This document shows, one piece after another, positions 14,612 to 16,280 of a stretch of 16,280 nucleotides of DNA. The notes beneath the pieces were generated by a model. The model was not told where the DNA came from and did no database searches. It saw nothing but the letters and a program-made list of their open reading frames with translations. How positions within the stretch are numbered: the stretch's first letter is position 1; each line of letters starts with the position of its first letter. A program made the position numbers and the translations under genes. Source of the DNA: Candidatus Wukongarchaeum yapensis (GTDB lineage Archaea; Asgardarchaeota; Wukongarchaeia; Wukongarchaeales; Wukongarchaeaceae). Where the stretch lies: assembly GCA_016840425.1 (NCBI GenBank), contig JAEOSI010000026.1, positions 1 to 16,280 on the forward strand, read 5' to 3'.

Positions 14612-15547
14612 ATGACCAAAAATAGAATGATGCAGGAGATATTTAATATATTAGAAGAAAAAGGTTATCAGGGGCGTATAGCTTCTATCCAACACGTTGA
14701 TGATCTACGAAACGATATCGAAAAGCATTACCAACAAAATCTCTTTGACCAAGAATTTTATCAACGATATATTTCGGTTTTTAAATTTGATCCATATGAG
14801 ATTTTACCAGAAGCCAATTCTATGATTGTGGTTGCGGTTCCACAACCCCAAATCCGGGTAACCTTTAATTGGCACAAAAAAATAGTTTCCTTAATTGTTC
14901 CGCCAACCTATCTATACTGGGACGAGACAGCAAAAAAAGTTGAAGACACATTGACGGAAATTCTGGCTCCGATGGGATATAGCGTTAAATATGCTAGACT
15001 GCCGATAAAACTTCTAGCTGCATGCAGCGGTCTGACTAAATATGGCAAAAATAATATTAGTTATGTCAAAGGGATGGGTAGTTTTCATCGGCTTGTAGCT
15101 TTCTATTCGAACCTCCCGTGCGAAGAAGATAGTTGGCAAAAGCCAAAGATGTTGGAAAGATGCGAGAAATGTTCTGCTTGCATCCGGAAATGCCCCACTG
15201 GTGCAATTTCCTCTGAACGTTTTCTTCTGCGTGCTGAACGGTGTATTACTTTCCTTAATGAGAAACCAGGTCATATTCCTTTTCCCAATTGGCTAGATCC
15301 GTCTTGGCATAATTGTCTGGTTGGATGTCTTCACTGTCAAAAGGCATGCCCAGAGAATAAAGATTTCTTACACTGGATTGAACAAGGAGCAGAATTCTCA
15401 GAGGAGGAAACAAATTTACTTTTGAAAGGGACACCTGTCAATCAACTTCCTGCCCTGACAATAGAGAAATTAAGACAACACGATATGATTGATTTCATTG
15501 ACCTTTTTCCCCGCAACCTAGGCGTTTTTCTCAAAGAAATTCATTAG
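14612..15547 (+). CDS. QueG-like (epoxyqueuosine reductase / reductive dehalogenase superfamily) 2x[4Fe-4S] protein
   Basis: CEKCSACIRKCPTGAI, RAERCITF, GCLHCQKACPEN clusters and LAACSGLTKYGKNN..GMGS segment. ATG 14612 after GGGG preferred over TTG 14540. Confidence 0.82.
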   Translation: MTKNRMMQEIFNILEEKGYQGRIASIQHVDDLRNDIEKHYQQNLFDQEFYQRYISVFKFDPYEILPEANSMIVVAVPQPQIRVTFNWHKKIVSLIVPPTYLYWDETAKKVEDTLTEILAPMGYSVKYARLPIKLLAACSGLTKYGKNNISYVKGMGSFHRLVAFYSNLPCEEDSWQKPKMLERCEKCSACIRKCPTGAISSERFLLRAERCITFLNEKPGHIPFPNWLDPSWHNCLVGCLHCQKACPENKDFLHWIEQGAEFSEEETNLLLKGTPVNQLPALTIEKLRQHDMIDFIDLFPRNLGVFLKEIH

Positions 15548-15749
15548 AATTATATCGGAATAAGCTTTATTCTCTAACATTCTTCTTTAATAAATTGGCT
15601 TTTAGACATGTTCAGTTTTTTTCTTTGTTTTTCTTTTTCATTTTTATTGGTTGGGAGGGGAATTTATGGATCTTTTACCCTTTTTCCATCTCCTGTATCA
15701 TTTTCTCTTTCTAGATTTAAATTTCATATTTTAGGTGTGTGGAAAGGGT

Positions 15750-16108
15750 TTAGATTGGTTTCAATAGATGCATAAAGTGTTGAAACTCCAAAGTTCTATC
15801 TTCAGGATCTTTTGCAAAGGAGTGGTAAATTTGATAGCGTGGATTCTCTTTAGGAGGTTCGTTTGATCTTTCTTTGAACTTCTCATATATGGTGTCGACT
15901 TCTTCTCGTGTGGGGTAGAAGAAAGTGATCATACCCTCGGTATCAGGAGTGTCACGTTGACAGAAGCCTAGTAACAGGTTGCCGTGTTTTAGGATTGTGC
16001 AGTCTTTTTGTTCCAGCCATATACTCATTCCGACTTCATTTACGTAGAATTCGACGATCTTCTAAGCATTTTGGTTTTGAAGAACACTATTCCAGACATC
16101 ATAATCAT
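15750..16108 (-). pseudogene. VOC/glyoxalase-family gene with a frameshift near 16063
   Basis: MSGIVFFKTKML (start 16108, 16102 or 16099) continues in a different frame as KIVEFYVNEVGMSIWLEQKDCTIL...AKDPEDRTLEFQ; one added base restores a complete VOC protein. Confidence 0.85.
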
Positions 16109-16280
16109 CTCTTTTACAGGTTCTTTCAAAAAAAGCAGTTTAAAGTCTCTTTTGCATCTTCCAATGATTTATGCTTTCAAACAATGTATAAGTTCTTTTT
16201 ACTGTTTTGTAATAGTGTTTTTTATAGAATTTTACTGCTTTTTCTCTTGCATTTAATACTATATGTTCTGCGCCTTTTTC

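Noticed and set aside
947-15274. Antisense shadow ORFs (947-1342, 2986-3282, 4863-5144, 5205-5456, 5981-6178, 6340-6561, 6413-6712, 6953-7294, 7304-7549, 8709-8915, 9235-9624, 9685-10005, 12618-12860, 14130-14318, 15014-15274) and the off-frame ORF 9650-9865
   Set aside because: They overlap well-supported genes, and biased codon usage of those genes explains the lack of stops.

Overview
AT-rich, probably archaeal window (inferred from GGTGA/GGGGTG-type RBSs, form III RuBisCO and AMP phosphorylase) that reads as an accessory island rather than core genome. It opens with an intact, unusually short (191 aa) tyrosine recombinase. The last ~135 bp of that gene, which encode the catalytic His and Tyr, recur twice downstream as orphan fragments (7697-7839, 11545-11687) with nearly the same 5' boundary, dividing the window into three cargo blocks. 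Block 1 holds a small MM0924-like gene, a cluster of mostly broken toxin-antitoxin genes and an intact AMP-salvage trio (R15P isomerase, form III RuBisCO, AMP phosphorylase) bracketed by ~34-bp direct repeats. Block 2 holds a CDF transporter, an NfsA-like nitroreductase and a TPR/SNAP-like repeat protein. Block 3 holds a short asparaginase, an internally deleted nitroreductase copy, a Cys-rich ORF and an ArsR regulator sharing a palindromic operator candidate, a QueG-like Fe-S protein and a frameshifted VOC gene. Blocks 2 and 3 share a colinear non-coding scaffold (int 3' fragment, ~200-bp repeat B, nitroreductase) with different genes slotted in. No rRNA, tRNA or CRISPR array was recognised. 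Product names come from motif recognition and all alignments were done by eye; no database searches were run.
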